A stretch of 64,000 bases of DNA. It comes from Candidatus Pelethosoma merdigallinarum (GTDB taxonomy: Bacteria > Bacillota_I > Bacilli_A > RF39 > UBA660). A program made the position numbers and the translations under genes. The stretch spans positions 2,031 to 66,030 of the forward strand of contig DVKJ01000017.1 of the NCBI GenBank assembly GCA_018716065.1. The letters run 5' to 3'. Below, in pieces: positions 1-10,076 of the stretch (position 1 is its first letter; each line of letters opens with the position of its first letter). The notes beneath the pieces are model-generated. The model had not been told where the DNA came from, ran no database searches, and saw only the letters and a program-made list of their open reading frames with translations.

Positions 1-304
1 CTCCATCCACTAAAGTCTCATTATCTACCTCTTCGTAATAATTATCTTTAATGTCTTGGAAAGTAGAGGCGATTTTTTGCAAAGCTTCTGCTTGTTCTTG
101 ATCCACTTGTTTTGCTATAATCTTAGTTCCAAAAAAATAACCCATAAATAAACTAACTACGCATGTAATCACAACAAGGCCTAACGTATCACTTGTTTTA
201 AAGAAAGGAATATTATCATTCTTATTTCTTTTTTTATTACTTTCTTTTTTCTTTATTTTGGTTTCTTTCTTTTTCTTCTCTTTTGTTTCTTGTTTTTTCT
301 CCAT
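1..304 (-). CDS. Partial CDS (N-terminal part; 3' end lies beyond window start); Lys-rich N-terminus followed by a transmembrane segment; hypothetical membrane protein
   Basis: ATG (cat on plus) at 302..304 preceded by AGGAGG RBS on minus strand; open frame runs to position 1; not in ORF track because truncated. Confidence 0.4.
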   Translation of the reverse strand, partial: MEKKQETKEKKKKETKIKKKESNKKRNKNDNIPFFKTSDTLGLVVITCVVSLFMGYFFGTKIIAKQVDQEQAEALQKIASTFQDIKDNYYEEVDNETLVDG

Positions 305-409
305 AGGGAAACCTCCTCTTTTTATTATATCATGTATAATATATACTATGAAAAGAAAATCATTGGAATAGACACCATTTTACGAAAAAGAGATTACAAA
401 AGTAATCTT

Positions 410-952
410 CTATTCGCTAATACGTTTTAATTCATTTACAATTTCTTCTTTGCCTTCAAAATATTCTGTCAATTGATGATCTTCTACTTTTATTAAGGTG
501 TCTCCTTTGATTCGTAAATCACTTATCGTATCAATCTCAAAATTACTTTCATCCGCTTTATATTTTTGATTAAATGGACTGGTAATATCAGAAGTATAGA
601 CTTTTAAAGCATCTTCTTTAGAAGTATAAGCACTTTTATATACTTCGTAAACTCCTTGAGTTTGACCACTTTCAGGATCAGATACTAGAACATAGTAACT
701 TCCATCTGATTGTTCTAATAGTGTTCCTAAAATAATTTCATCATATTGAATCACTGCAGCTTCATCTTGTGTAGAAGTAGTACTGTCTTCACTACGATCA
801 ACAAATTGAGAAATAATATAGAAAGCACCAAATAATACTACGATAACAACAATAAAGATGATTAGTTTCTTTACTTCCATATCGCCAGAAGTTGCTGTTT
901 CTACGAAGTTTGTTTTTTGTTTTCTTGTTTTCTTTTTTGACATAACTATCAC
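410..952 (-). CDS. Hypothetical membrane-anchored protein (single N-terminal TM, acidic extracellular domain)
   Basis: ORF track; hydrophobic stretch LIIFIVVIVVLFGAFYII; no recognisable catalytic motif. Confidence 0.45.
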   Translation of the reverse strand: MIVMSKKKTRKQKTNFVETATSGDMEVKKLIIFIVVIVVLFGAFYIISQFVDRSEDSTTSTQDEAAVIQYDEIILGTLLEQSDGSYYVLVSDPESGQTQGVYEVYKSAYTSKEDALKVYTSDITSPFNQKYKADESNFEIDTISDLRIKGDTLIKVEDHQLTEYFEGKEEIVNELKRISE

Positions 953-993
953 CTAGCCATTATTATAGCATATTTTTATGAAAAGTGGTAGTT

Positions 994-1992
994 TTATTTT
1001 CCTACAGGTAAAGCACTAATGGAACGGGCAACATTTAACAATTCGTCAGATTTCATCGTTTCAGATACAACATAATATTCTACTCCATTACTAATCCAAG
1101 TAATAGAGGTATCCGAAACGGCAGCTACACTATCAGCCATTATTTCTGGATCACCATACATAGGAATCGTTTCCATATCTTCAGAATAACTAGATGTCTC
1201 TTGCACAAGCATAAAAGGATTATCCCCATCAAACGTTAAAATAATACGTTCACCATCTTCTTTATCTACTTTATCTTGGCTCGTGAGTGTTGTATTTTCT
1301 GGAATATACATTGGATATATAATATCTTCTAGTTTACTGGTAGGTTTACTAATTTCTATGTTTTTTCCACTCATATTCGTTTTTAATGAAAAATAACTAT
1401 CTTTAAATGTAGAATCCATATCTACTTCATCAAACTTCATCGTAATCATAGCTCGGTCTTCTTTATTATATACTACTACTTTTTGAATATTTAATTTTTT
1501 GTCAAACGTAATTTCTTGTTTTACTAATTCTGGATTACTAGAATAATTAACGGTTGTCGTAAATAGATATCCCGATTTGGTTTCTTTATAAGTGTGTTCC
1601 TTATCATTTTCAATATCTTTTAAAATAGGCTGTAATAAATAGCTTTGTGAGTTGTTATATGGCCATTCGCTTTGAAATTTAAAACTCTTATTTAAAGATG
1701 GTGTTAAAACGAATATTCCTTCACTGTTTCGTAATATAATTTGTTCATGATTATTGGTTTTGTTTTTTAAACTTACTTTAAAATTTTCTTCTTTAGAATA
1801 AGATGCTTCTACATCATAAGTGTAAGTATCTTCGTTATTGACAATTTCTAAATCACCAGTTAAATGATAACCTTTTGTTTCTTCAATCTTTTTTGTTAAA
1901 TCTTTCAAAACATCTTGTTCATCTTTCTTACCGCAACCACACATCAATAAACTTCCTATGATTAGGATACCAATGAAAATCTTTCTCTTCAT
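994..1992 (-). CDS. Putative lipoprotein of unknown function
   Basis: Signal peptide ending in lipobox-like LLMCGCG; no other recognised domain. Confidence 0.5.
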   Translation of the reverse strand: MKRKIFIGILIIGSLLMCGCGKKDEQDVLKDLTKKIEETKGYHLTGDLEIVNNEDTYTYDVEASYSKEENFKVSLKNKTNNHEQIILRNSEGIFVLTPSLNKSFKFQSEWPYNNSQSYLLQPILKDIENDKEHTYKETKSGYLFTTTVNYSSNPELVKQEITFDKKLNIQKVVVYNKEDRAMITMKFDEVDMDSTFKDSYFSLKTNMSGKNIEISKPTSKLEDIIYPMYIPENTTLTSQDKVDKEDGERIILTFDGDNPFMLVQETSSYSEDMETIPMYGDPEIMADSVAAVSDTSITWISNGVEYYVVSETMKSDELLNVARSISALPVGK

Positions 1993-2108
1993 AAATTCAC
2001 CTCTTTATTTTCATTTCAATTTATTATATTGCAAAAAAAGTACAAATATGAATGAATAAAATAGAAATTTCTGGTTATTCTAATACTGATATTAGAAAGG
2101 AGAATATC

Positions 2109-2312
2109 ATGGAAACAATACAAAAAATTGCTTTAGTATTTACCATTATTGGTGCCCTAAACTGGGGGCTTATTGGATTATTTGATGTAGATCTAGTAGC
2201 TACTCTATTTGGTAGTATGTCTATGCTTTCTAGGGTAATTTATACGATTGTAGGAATTGCTGGTCTTATCAATATCGGGATCTTCTTATATCATTTCGAC
2301 GAAAAAAAATAA
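2109..2312 (+). CDS. DUF378-family small membrane protein
   Basis: Motif ALNWGLIGLFDVDLVATLFG typical of DUF378; ORF-track start 2052 is upstream; ATG at 2109 has an AAGGAG RBS and gives a ~67 aa product typical of the family. Confidence 0.55.
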   Translation: METIQKIALVFTIIGALNWGLIGLFDVDLVATLFGSMSMLSRVIYTIVGIAGLINIGIFLYHFDEKK

Positions 2313-2314
2313 CG

Positions 2315-2335
2315 GTTTCCCGTTATTTTTATTTG
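2315..2335. terminator. Bidirectional intrinsic terminator between convergent DUF378 gene and cdaR
   Basis: Hairpin aacgg-tttc-ccgtt flanked by T-runs on both strands. Confidence 0.4.
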
Positions 2336-3681
2336 ACAATTGTAATACTTACTTTCTTCGTTTTTGGTGTATAAACAACTTTTGGATCGGTTCCTTCCAC
2401 TTGAACTTCTACTTCATGAGTTCCCTCTCCATAACCTTTTAAATCAATATATGCGGTAATATCTTCAGCATTAATTTGATTAATAACAGATTCTACACCT
2501 TTTAACGTAACAGAAACTTTGATATCAGATTCACTAACACCTTGTACACTATATCCTTCTGCTAGATTACGAGAAGCAATTTGAACATTATTAACAACAC
2601 GACTTGTTGATTTACCTAAAGTAACATTAACGGTTACATTATTCACACTCATAGATTTTACACCTACAGGTTTTGGTAATTCTAATTTGAATTCGTGATC
2701 CTCTTTTAAACCATTTACATCCAACTCTAGTGGAACATAGTCTAATTCTGATAATACATCTTCACTTCCGTAAACACGAACACGTGTCTCACTTAACTGA
2801 ATATCACTGATTGCTTGACCAAAGCTTAATTCTCCTTTTGGCACAACACGAATTGGAACTTCTTTACTAGGTGATGAAATGACCACATCCGCATTAATTT
2901 TTTCTGGTACAATTTCAACATCTACGACATTTCCTTCGTCGTCAAAAGCTTTTAAAGGAATATCTTTCATCGTAATAGTTCCTTCTTCTTGGGTTGGTAA
3001 TTTTTTGACATCTACTAAAGCTTTAACGGTTGCGACTTCCGCTAATTGGTGTTCCGCACCTTTTACGACTACTTTATCGTTATCAATATTTACTTGATCA
3101 ATAACCAATTTATTATCCAAACTATCTTGATTTAAAATATCTGTCGTTAATGTTTTTGTTTCTGACACTTTTGGATAAATGATAACGGTTGCGACACTTG
3201 GATTTACTTTATACTCAATAGAAGCAAGTGCTTGATTATATTTAATATTAACTTTATGAGTACCTGGTTTTAATCCACTTAAATCCACTGTAATTTCGTG
3301 AGAAGGAGATTGTTTTGCAAAGTACAAATCGGCTTTACGACCAATCAAAGTGACATCTACCGTTTCTGGAAGTCCTTCTACAACGTATGCTTCCTCATTA
3401 TAGATAACATTTACTTTTTGTTCTTTTAATACTTCAGCAGAGTTTTCTGAAAATGATAATACTTTTTGATCTACGATGACAAAGATAAACACTGCGATAA
3501 ATAAAGATACAAATAATAAGGTAGTAGATTTCGATAACCAACCTTCTAACTTTTTACCAAAGTTGGTAAAGTAATCGGTAATTGGTAAAATTAATCTTGT
3601 AATTGGTAAGATAATTTTACGGTCAATAATCTTCCAGAGGTTGCGAAAGAAGATACCAAATTTATTTTTCGGCTTTTTCAT
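2329..3681 (-). CDS. cdaR: CdaR-like regulator of diadenylate cyclase (YbbR-like repeat protein)
   Basis: N-terminal TM plus repeated beta-rich YbbR-like segments; overlaps 20 nt with upstream cdaA, which is the conserved cdaA-cdaR arrangement. Confidence 0.7.
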   Translation of the reverse strand: MKKPKNKFGIFFRNLWKIIDRKIILPITRLILPITDYFTNFGKKLEGWLSKSTTLLFVSLFIAVFIFVIVDQKVLSFSENSAEVLKEQKVNVIYNEEAYVVEGLPETVDVTLIGRKADLYFAKQSPSHEITVDLSGLKPGTHKVNIKYNQALASIEYKVNPSVATVIIYPKVSETKTLTTDILNQDSLDNKLVIDQVNIDNDKVVVKGAEHQLAEVATVKALVDVKKLPTQEEGTITMKDIPLKAFDDEGNVVDVEIVPEKINADVVISSPSKEVPIRVVPKGELSFGQAISDIQLSETRVRVYGSEDVLSELDYVPLELDVNGLKEDHEFKLELPKPVGVKSMSVNNVTVNVTLGKSTSRVVNNVQIASRNLAEGYSVQGVSESDIKVSVTLKGVESVINQINAEDITAYIDLKGYGEGTHEVEVQVEGTDPKVVYTPKTKKVSITIVK

Positions 3682-4504
3682 TTTCTACATCCTCCTCTTC
3701 TTCATAATATGATTGTTCTTTTGGACGTAACTCTTCCAATAACATCATCTTAAATTCGTCTAATGTTAAATTGTAATGAAGAACTCCACCAACAGCAATT
3801 GAGATTCTTCCCGTTTCTTCGGAAACAATCAAAGCTAAACAATCACTTTGTTCAGATATTCCTAAAGCGGCACGATGACGCGTTCCTAAACGCTTACTGA
3901 TTTTCACACTATCACTCGTTGGGAATACAGCTCCCGCACTCGTAATTTGGTCTCCTTGAATAATGACACCACCATCGTGTAATGGATTATTAGGGAAGAA
4001 GATGGAAATTAATAATTCACTAGAAATATCCGCATAGAGCTTACGTGATTTTTCAATATACTCACTTAAACTATTGTCACGTTCAATGACCATAAGAGCA
4101 CCAATACGAGAACGTTTTAAATATTCTACTGCATTCATGATCTCATAAACCATCTTTTCACGTTCATCTACCGTAAGTGCTTTATGACGGCCTAATAGTT
4201 GACTTCTTCCTAATTGTTCCAAAACATTACGAATTTCTGGTTGGAAAATAATAATCAATGCGAGTGGTCCCCACATAATGACATAATCCAACAAGTAAGA
4301 AACGGTTACTAAATTAAAGAAATCACTCACTACTTTCAAGATGATAATCACTAAAATTCCTTTAAACAAAAGAACCATTTTTACATTTTTTCGAATATGT
4401 TTTAAGGCATAATAAATGAGTAACCATACCAATAAAACATCTAATAATTTTCGCGCTAAGATAATAATACTATCAAATGTCACCATATCTCCTCCTTTTA
4501 TCAT
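3662..4504 (-). CDS. cdaA: Diadenylate cyclase CdaA (c-di-AMP synthase), membrane-anchored
   Basis: DAC-domain motifs DGGVIIQGDQITSAGAVFPTSD and RHRAALGISEQSDCLALIVSEETGRISIA; three N-terminal TM helices; true start probably the internal ATG at 4486 (RBS AAAGGAGG just upstream). Confidence 0.85.
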   Translation of the reverse strand: MIKGGDMVTFDSIIILARKLLDVLLVWLLIYYALKHIRKNVKMVLLFKGILVIIILKVVSDFFNLVTVSYLLDYVIMWGPLALIIIFQPEIRNVLEQLGRSQLLGRHKALTVDEREKMVYEIMNAVEYLKRSRIGALMVIERDNSLSEYIEKSRKLYADISSELLISIFFPNNPLHDGGVIIQGDQITSAGAVFPTSDSVKISKRLGTRHRAALGISEQSDCLALIVSEETGRISIAVGGVLHYNLTLDEFKMMLLEELRPKEQSYYEEEEDVENEKAEK

Positions 4505-4557
4505 GTATTACCATTATATCATAATCCAGTTTCAAAAAAAATAGCTTTCGCTATTTT

Positions 4558-5112
4558 TTAAAATTTCCAAATATCATCAGTGTTCTCTTTATTTTCTTCT
4601 GTAGCTACAGCTTCTCCTTGATCTTTTGGTTCTTCTGGAGTTTCTACTGTTTCCTCTACAGGAGCAGGTTCTTCCATTGGCATTGGATCAACATTAGGAG
4701 TTGATTCTTCTACAGCAACTGTTTCTGGGTTAGAAACTGGTTCCGCTTCTGTAGGCTCCACATTTTCAGAAATAAGATCACTTGGTGTTTCAAACGCATC
4801 CATTAAACCATCACTAGAAACTTCTGTCGCGTCTTTCGTATCCGTTTCGACTGGAGTATCTAATTCAGATGGTGTATCTAATGGATTCGTTTCCACATTT
4901 TCATCTGGAATAGAAGGTACTACATCAGTAGACTCTAATTCTGTAACTACATCTTCTTTTTGTTTCTTTTTATCTTTTTTGGCTTTCTTTTCTTTCTTTG
5001 GCTTTTTCTCAAAGTTTGTATTATCCGCAATATATCCAATTAAAGCCATTAATAGAATAACACCAATAATAATAAAGATAATATAGTTGTTAATGATGAA
5101 ATCCATACACAT
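4558..5112 (-). CDS. Hypothetical membrane-anchored protein with Lys-rich juxtamembrane segment and highly acidic Pro/Glu/Thr-rich tail
   Basis: ORF track; low-complexity composition. Confidence 0.35.
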   Translation of the reverse strand: MCMDFIINNYIIFIIIGVILLMALIGYIADNTNFEKKPKKEKKAKKDKKKQKEDVVTELESTDVVPSIPDENVETNPLDTPSELDTPVETDTKDATEVSSDGLMDAFETPSDLISENVEPTEAEPVSNPETVAVEESTPNVDPMPMEEPAPVEETVETPEEPKDQGEAVATEENKENTDDIWKF

Positions 5113-5174
5113 CCTCCTTATTCTTATTCATAACATTATCTTATCATTAAATAACCAATATTACAATATAAATT

Positions 5175-5684
5175 TTAATCATTTGACAAATAATCGGCAC
5201 CTTTAAAAGGTTCTTCACGAAGTAAATCATTATAATCTTGTTGACGAAGTGCTTCATATAAGACAAGTGCGACACAATTAGATAAATTAAGCGCACGTAT
5301 TTTATCATTTGTAGGGATTCGCAAACAATGATCTAAGTCTTGTCTTAAAATTTCTTTAGGAATTCCTGTACTTTCCTTCCCAAAAATAAAATATAGATCT
5401 TCATTGGAATTGCTATAATCAAAAGAACTATGAGGTTTCTTTCCATATCGTGTTAAATAATAATATACCCCTGGATTCTTCTCTTTAAATTCTTCAAAAT
5501 TTTCATACACTTGATAATCACAATGTTCTAAGTAGTTCACCGCACTTCGACGTAAATATTTTTCATCCAAGGAAAACCCTAAAGGTTTTATTAAGTGAAG
5601 TTTCGTTCCGGTTCCCGCACATGTTCGCATAATATTTCCTGTATTTTGAGGAATTTCTGGTTGATAAAGTACGATATGATTCAT
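5175..5684 (-). CDS. trmL: tRNA (cytidine34/5-carboxymethylaminomethyluridine34-2'-O)-methyltransferase TrmL (SpoU/TrmH family)
   Basis: N-terminus IVLYQPEIPQNTGNIMRTCAGTG and ~165 aa length match TrmL; 4-nt ATGA overlap with upstream gene. Confidence 0.8.
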   Translation of the reverse strand: MNHIVLYQPEIPQNTGNIMRTCAGTGTKLHLIKPLGFSLDEKYLRRSAVNYLEHCDYQVYENFEEFKEKNPGVYYYLTRYGKKPHSSFDYSNSNEDLYFIFGKESTGIPKEILRQDLDHCLRIPTNDKIRALNLSNCVALVLYEALRQQDYNDLLREEPFKGADYLSND

Positions 5685-6184
5685 GATTCATTCACCTCAT
5701 AGTGATTAATCATCGTTTTAACATCATTCATGGTAATCGCTGTTGCCGTACGATACAATTGATCTTTCTTTTCGCCATTCTCAATCACAATCATGTTTGG
5801 CTCCACAACTTGATCTAACTCTAACCATTCTTGACTAAATTGAATTTGTTCTTCTTCTGTCATTTTTGACAGATCTAAATAAACCATACGATGTTGTAAT
5901 TCTTCTTCTTTTAAGTAATCTCGCAATTCTTTCTCAAAATTTTGGGTATTCTCAACTTGAGGATTTGATACATAGATAAAAACATTAGGATTTTCTAGTA
6001 AATAATTATCTATTTCATCGAAATTAATTTCGGTAATTGCTTGCGTAACAACCGATGCAGGTTGTAGTCCCTCTTCACGTAAGCGATACCAACGAACAAA
6101 ATAGCCCAAAACAAGACAAGTCGCAATCGCAAGGATAAGCACGATCACATAATTTTTTTTAGGAATCACACGTTCTTTTGTCAT
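5681..6184 (-). CDS. Hypothetical membrane-anchored protein (thioredoxin-like fold without CxxC is possible)
   Basis: N-terminal TM; no catalytic motif seen. Confidence 0.35.
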   Translation of the reverse strand: MTKERVIPKKNYVIVLILAIATCLVLGYFVRWYRLREEGLQPASVVTQAITEINFDEIDNYLLENPNVFIYVSNPQVENTQNFEKELRDYLKEEELQHRMVYLDLSKMTEEEQIQFSQEWLELDQVVEPNMIVIENGEKKDQLYRTATAITMNDVKTMINHYEVNES

Positions 6185-6267
6185 CTACAAATTCCTCCAT
6201 TCTATTTTTATTTTAACATACTTTACTATCCTTTTCAATGTCATTATATGTCGAAAAAAAGAAGATT

Positions 6268-7224
6268 TTACAATTCTTCTTTCGTTTCTACTTCTTCAAT
6301 GGTCACAACGGGAAGAGTAACTCCTTCTTCAGCACATAATTCTTGGAACGTTTCACGAAATTTTGCCAGTTCTTTAACAATACTATCAGGATAAATTCGT
6401 TTACTTGTTTTAATCGCATTGTATACATCTTCTACTGTTACCACCGTTTTATTTTGGAATAAAGCTTGGGAAAAAGCTTGGGTTAATACCGAAAAAGCAA
6501 CATCTGGATACATCGCAGATAATCCATATACTCTCTTATATTCCGAAGTTGCAGAAACAATTGCGGTTACTAACATTTCGGTCACATAAGCATTATATTT
6601 AAATTTAATTCCTGTTTGTTTTTCAATCTTTGGTAATGATCCCATCAAAATCTTTACGGTAGTTGGTTCATCTGGTTCTAAAACTTCAATCTTTTCAAAA
6701 CGACGTAAGAAAGCACGGTCACGAATAACATAAGTGTTATATTCAATAGTTGTAGTCGCTCCAATCGCCTTCACTTCTCCACGATCTAATCCTGCTTTTA
6801 ACATATTTGCCAAATCCATACTACCAGTCTCACCATTACCAATTAACGTATGAACTTCATCAATAAAAATAATCGTTTTCGTGATATTCTTTAATTCTTG
6901 TATTAACAAACTCATAATGAGTTCCTCTTTACCTTGAACTAAGATTTTTCCTACTAATGACGTTGAATTAAATTTTATAATACGATAACCTTTTAAAGCA
7001 TTTGGAACCATATCATGTTGAATTAAATAAGCAAGACCTTCCACAATCGCCGTTTTACCAATTCCTGGTTTACCTACTAACAATCCAGATTTTTCTGGGG
7101 TCAGAAGAACAATAATTAAACGTTTGATTTCTTCTTCACGGGCAATCGCTGGATTGGTGATATATTTCTTTTGTGTCAAATTCTCCCCATAAGTTTCTAT
7201 CACACTAAACGTGTTATCCATCAT
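6268..7224 (-). CDS. Stand-alone AAA+ ATPase resembling the D1 domain of ClpA/ClpB/ClpC
   Basis: LLVGKPGIGKTAIVEGLAYLI Walker A context and IFIDEVHTLIG Walker B/sensor arrangement resemble Clp D1; only 318 aa, with no N domain or D2. Confidence 0.55.
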   Translation of the reverse strand: MMDNTFSVIETYGENLTQKKYITNPAIAREEEIKRLIIVLLTPEKSGLLVGKPGIGKTAIVEGLAYLIQHDMVPNALKGYRIIKFNSTSLVGKILVQGKEELIMSLLIQELKNITKTIIFIDEVHTLIGNGETGSMDLANMLKAGLDRGEVKAIGATTTIEYNTYVIRDRAFLRRFEKIEVLEPDEPTTVKILMGSLPKIEKQTGIKFKYNAYVTEMLVTAIVSATSEYKRVYGLSAMYPDVAFSVLTQAFSQALFQNKTVVTVEDVYNAIKTSKRIYPDSIVKELAKFRETFQELCAEEGVTLPVVTIEEVETKEEL

Positions 7225-7233
7225 AGTATCCCT

Positions 7234-7650
7234 CTATTCTTTAATATAGCCATTGTCTTTCAGTTTATTTACAATATACTCATAATCTTTCGATCCATCA
7301 ATGCGGTTAAATTGTGGATCTTTTTCTTCCCCATCTTCTACAAAAACAGTAGTTGGAGTTCCTGTAAAACTAAATTTATTATTCAATTTAGATAATTCAA
7401 TATCTGTCAAATTATATATATCAATATAATAAATCGTTACACCATATTTATTTACGACATCAGTCATAGTTACTTTGTAACTCGCACAATGAGAACATTG
7501 CCTAGATCCCATTACTAGAACAAAGTCTTCTTTATTTTCAATCATTGTTTGTAATTTACTATAGGAAACTTCTTGATAAGGTTCTTTCGTTTTACTGTTA
7601 CAACCTACAAAAAGCACCAAACAACATAAAAGAATAACGATCTTCTTCAT
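7234..7650 (-). CDS. Thioredoxin-fold lipoprotein (extracytoplasmic thiol-disulfide oxidoreductase-like)
   Basis: Lipobox LFVGCNS; CxxC active site SRQCSHCAS. Confidence 0.55.
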   Translation of the reverse strand: MKKIVILLCCLVLFVGCNSKTKEPYQEVSYSKLQTMIENKEDFVLVMGSRQCSHCASYKVTMTDVVNKYGVTIYYIDIYNLTDIELSKLNNKFSFTGTPTTVFVEDGEEKDPQFNRIDGSKDYEYIVNKLKDNGYIKE

Positions 7651-7689
7651 AACTACCTCTTTTCTTTTACAATTATATAATAAATTTTA

Positions 7690-7730
7690 GCAAAAAAAAA
7701 GAGATTTTCTAAGATTCATCTCTTTTCTAA
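7690..7730 (-). terminator. Putative intrinsic terminator downstream of LysM gene
   Basis: Hairpin aagagat...atctctt followed by T-run on minus strand. Confidence 0.3.
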
Positions 7731-7736
7731 GTTTTT

Positions 7737-8225
7737 CTAAGCTTCTTCCATTTTCTCATCACGGACAGCTAATAACTGATCTGGTTGTAAATAAATACGA
7801 TCGTTTTGTAAACGTAATTGTAGTTCATTCGTTTTTAATTGATCCACTACTTTACTAACCGTATCTCCATCTCTTGTAATTAAGAATCTGGTACCAGCAC
7901 GAGGAATCAATATCTCTTCATTTGGATAAATAAATTCTCCATCTCGCATTCCATTTAAACGAATCAAGTCTTCGTAATTACTATTGGTTTTTTTCGCAAT
8001 CGCATACATCGTATCCCCAGGTTGTATCACATAGATTTCGAATAAAGATGTTGTGTTATTGGGAACAATTATTTGCGTATCAATAGATAATGGTTCTAGT
8101 GGAAGAAAACTATTAATTCTTTTTAATTCTGTTGGTGTTGTTTGAAATTCATTCGCAATCGAATTTAATGTATCTCCTTTTTTAACCGTATAGATTTTAT
8201 ACATGAAACTCACCTCTCTAACCAT
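7737..8225 (-). CDS. LysM-domain protein (two LysM repeats)
   Basis: YTVKKGDTLNSIANEF...LKRIN and YVIQPGDTMYAIAKKT...LIRLN LysM signatures. Confidence 0.65.
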   Translation of the reverse strand: MVREVSFMYKIYTVKKGDTLNSIANEFQTTPTELKRINSFLPLEPLSIDTQIIVPNNTTSLFEIYVIQPGDTMYAIAKKTNSNYEDLIRLNGMRDGEFIYPNEEILIPRAGTRFLITRDGDTVSKVVDQLKTNELQLRLQNDRIYLQPDQLLAVRDEKMEEA

Positions 8226-8257
8226 AGTATATGAGTTTCTTTTTCTTTGGCTACGCT

Positions 8258-9535
8258 TTATTTTTGATATACATAATAATCTAATGTTTTATTAAATTCA
8301 TATTCACGATTGGTATAAATAGAACGATTTCCTATTTGATCTTGATAAACACGTAACGTATTACCATTATAATAATAAACATAATCATCGATATAAGTTA
8401 CAAGATCTTTATCAATGGTAGTAAACAAGTACATCAATTGATTTGGGCTTTGAACATTCGCACGATATACCTCATATTGACCACCGGCTTGACGATAATA
8501 ATAAAGATAACCAGATTTTTCATTTCCTACTTTATCTACTTTTGCATAAGAAGAATCTTCTAATTGATATACATTAGTATTAAAGTAACGTTCTTGATTC
8601 ACGACATCGTAAATGGAAACTTCACTCCATGTACCTCGATCATAATACTGACTTGGTGTACTTTCATTCCCAATTTCTTCTATGGTTTTCTTCTTAGGGT
8701 TTATTTTATATTGTTTTCGATTACTTTTATCAATTAAATAAATTTCATCATCTACGACTCCTTGAATATAAGAATTATATGAAATATTAAAATTAAAATC
8801 TAAAGAAGAAACTTCATTACTTTTAATATTCACCACTTTTAAACTAGAGAAATCATAATCTTGACTATCATCAGGACTAATGTAATATAGTCCTGCTAAA
8901 GCGGTTAATTCTCTCTGATAAATATCATCATCAAACATTTTTACTTCATAAAGTTTTCTTGGATTTCGCGTATTAATCGTATATACCCCACGATAGCTAT
9001 TAATCGCTAGATAGTGTCCATCTACTACATTTTCTGTATATAATGTCATTTCTCCAGATTGGTATTTCTCCGTAGTAAGATCCTGAAAGTGATCTTCATA
9101 TAACTTTTCATTGATTAATTGAGCGACAAAAGCATCTAATCCACTATCTTTTCCTTTTAAATTTGTATAATTTTTTAAAACCCCTTGATCCAAACATAAA
9201 ACATCCATTATTTGTTTGTTTCCTTTAAAGATTGGATAAATGCACTGGTACGCTCCTTGGTAATAACGAACTTCTTTAATCACTTTCGAACTGTATCCAA
9301 AATGACGATACGTTTGAATACTAAAGGTTTGATCATTTATCTTAATATTCCAATGATAATTGGTTTTTTCTCCCTTTGTATTGGATACATAAGTTTCCTC
9401 TATGGTCACACTATTTGTTTTATTAAGAGGAACTGAATATGTCATCGAATATCCTTTACCAAATATTTTGAATAATCCCTGAATGATAAAGTAGAGAATA
9501 AACATCACTAATAATAACTTAAATAACTTTTTCAC
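8258..9535 (-). CDS. Hypothetical membrane-anchored extracellular protein, Tyr/Asn-rich
   Basis: N-terminal TM; no recognised domain. Confidence 0.4.
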   Translation of the reverse strand: MKKLFKLLLVMFILYFIIQGLFKIFGKGYSMTYSVPLNKTNSVTIEETYVSNTKGEKTNYHWNIKINDQTFSIQTYRHFGYSSKVIKEVRYYQGAYQCIYPIFKGNKQIMDVLCLDQGVLKNYTNLKGKDSGLDAFVAQLINEKLYEDHFQDLTTEKYQSGEMTLYTENVVDGHYLAINSYRGVYTINTRNPRKLYEVKMFDDDIYQRELTALAGLYYISPDDSQDYDFSSLKVVNIKSNEVSSLDFNFNISYNSYIQGVVDDEIYLIDKSNRKQYKINPKKKTIEEIGNESTPSQYYDRGTWSEVSIYDVVNQERYFNTNVYQLEDSSYAKVDKVGNEKSGYLYYYRQAGGQYEVYRANVQSPNQLMYLFTTIDKDLVTYIDDYVYYYNGNTLRVYQDQIGNRSIYTNREYEFNKTLDYYVYQK

Positions 9536-9621
9536 TCTATCACCTACTCTTAGTATAACTCAATTATATACAATAATAAGTTTTTTTTCAACATCCAAAA
9601 GAAAAACGGGAATTACCCGCT

Positions 9622-10062
9622 TTATCTTTGAACATTTCCATATTTTTTCTTTTCTTCTATCATATATTCTGTAACTTTCGTTTCAATCTCATCTAAAGCA
9701 TCTTTCTGAATTTTAGATAGCGTAACATATTCTTTTACGGTGTCAAGATATACCTTTCCCCAAATAATTCCAGAATGAACTTTTAAATCATTGAACATAT
9801 CTGGAGTAATAGTCGTATAGAAATATCCAAATACGACACGCTTGGTACCAATCAAAATACGTTTACTGGTGAGTGCAATCACATAGGTCGTAATAATATC
9901 TAAAGGATTATCGTTCTTTTGTGCAAAAAACGCATATAATACTTCTTCATCTGGGTTTAAAAATTGTTCGATAACCTTACAATGTCTTTTTAAACGCCAA
10001 CCTACAGATAATGGGTATTTTTGATTAAATTCTTTGACTGCATCATAAACAGTACGTTTCAT
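9622..10062 (-). CDS. Hypothetical protein, possibly bacterial PH-domain (bPH/YdbS-like)
   Basis: Size and beta-rich pattern; weak call. Confidence 0.3.
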   Translation of the reverse strand: MKRTVYDAVKEFNQKYPLSVGWRLKRHCKVIEQFLNPDEEVLYAFFAQKNDNPLDIITTYVIALTSKRILIGTKRVVFGYFYTTITPDMFNDLKVHSGIIWGKVYLDTVKEYVTLSKIQKDALDEIETKVTEYMIEEKKKYGNVQR

Positions 10063-10076
10063 AAAGAATCACCTCT

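Noticed and set aside
2879-3097. Short plus-strand ORFs antisense to large minus-strand genes (e.g. 2879..3097, 9212..9436, 12534..12737, 15173..15397, 23689..23901, 24652..24930, 35522..36095, 53540..53743, 54198..54422)
   Set aside because: Each is fully embedded antisense in a well-supported CDS (cdaR, secA, the P-type ATPase, cas9 and others). They have low-complexity composition and no RBS. They are most likely spurious.
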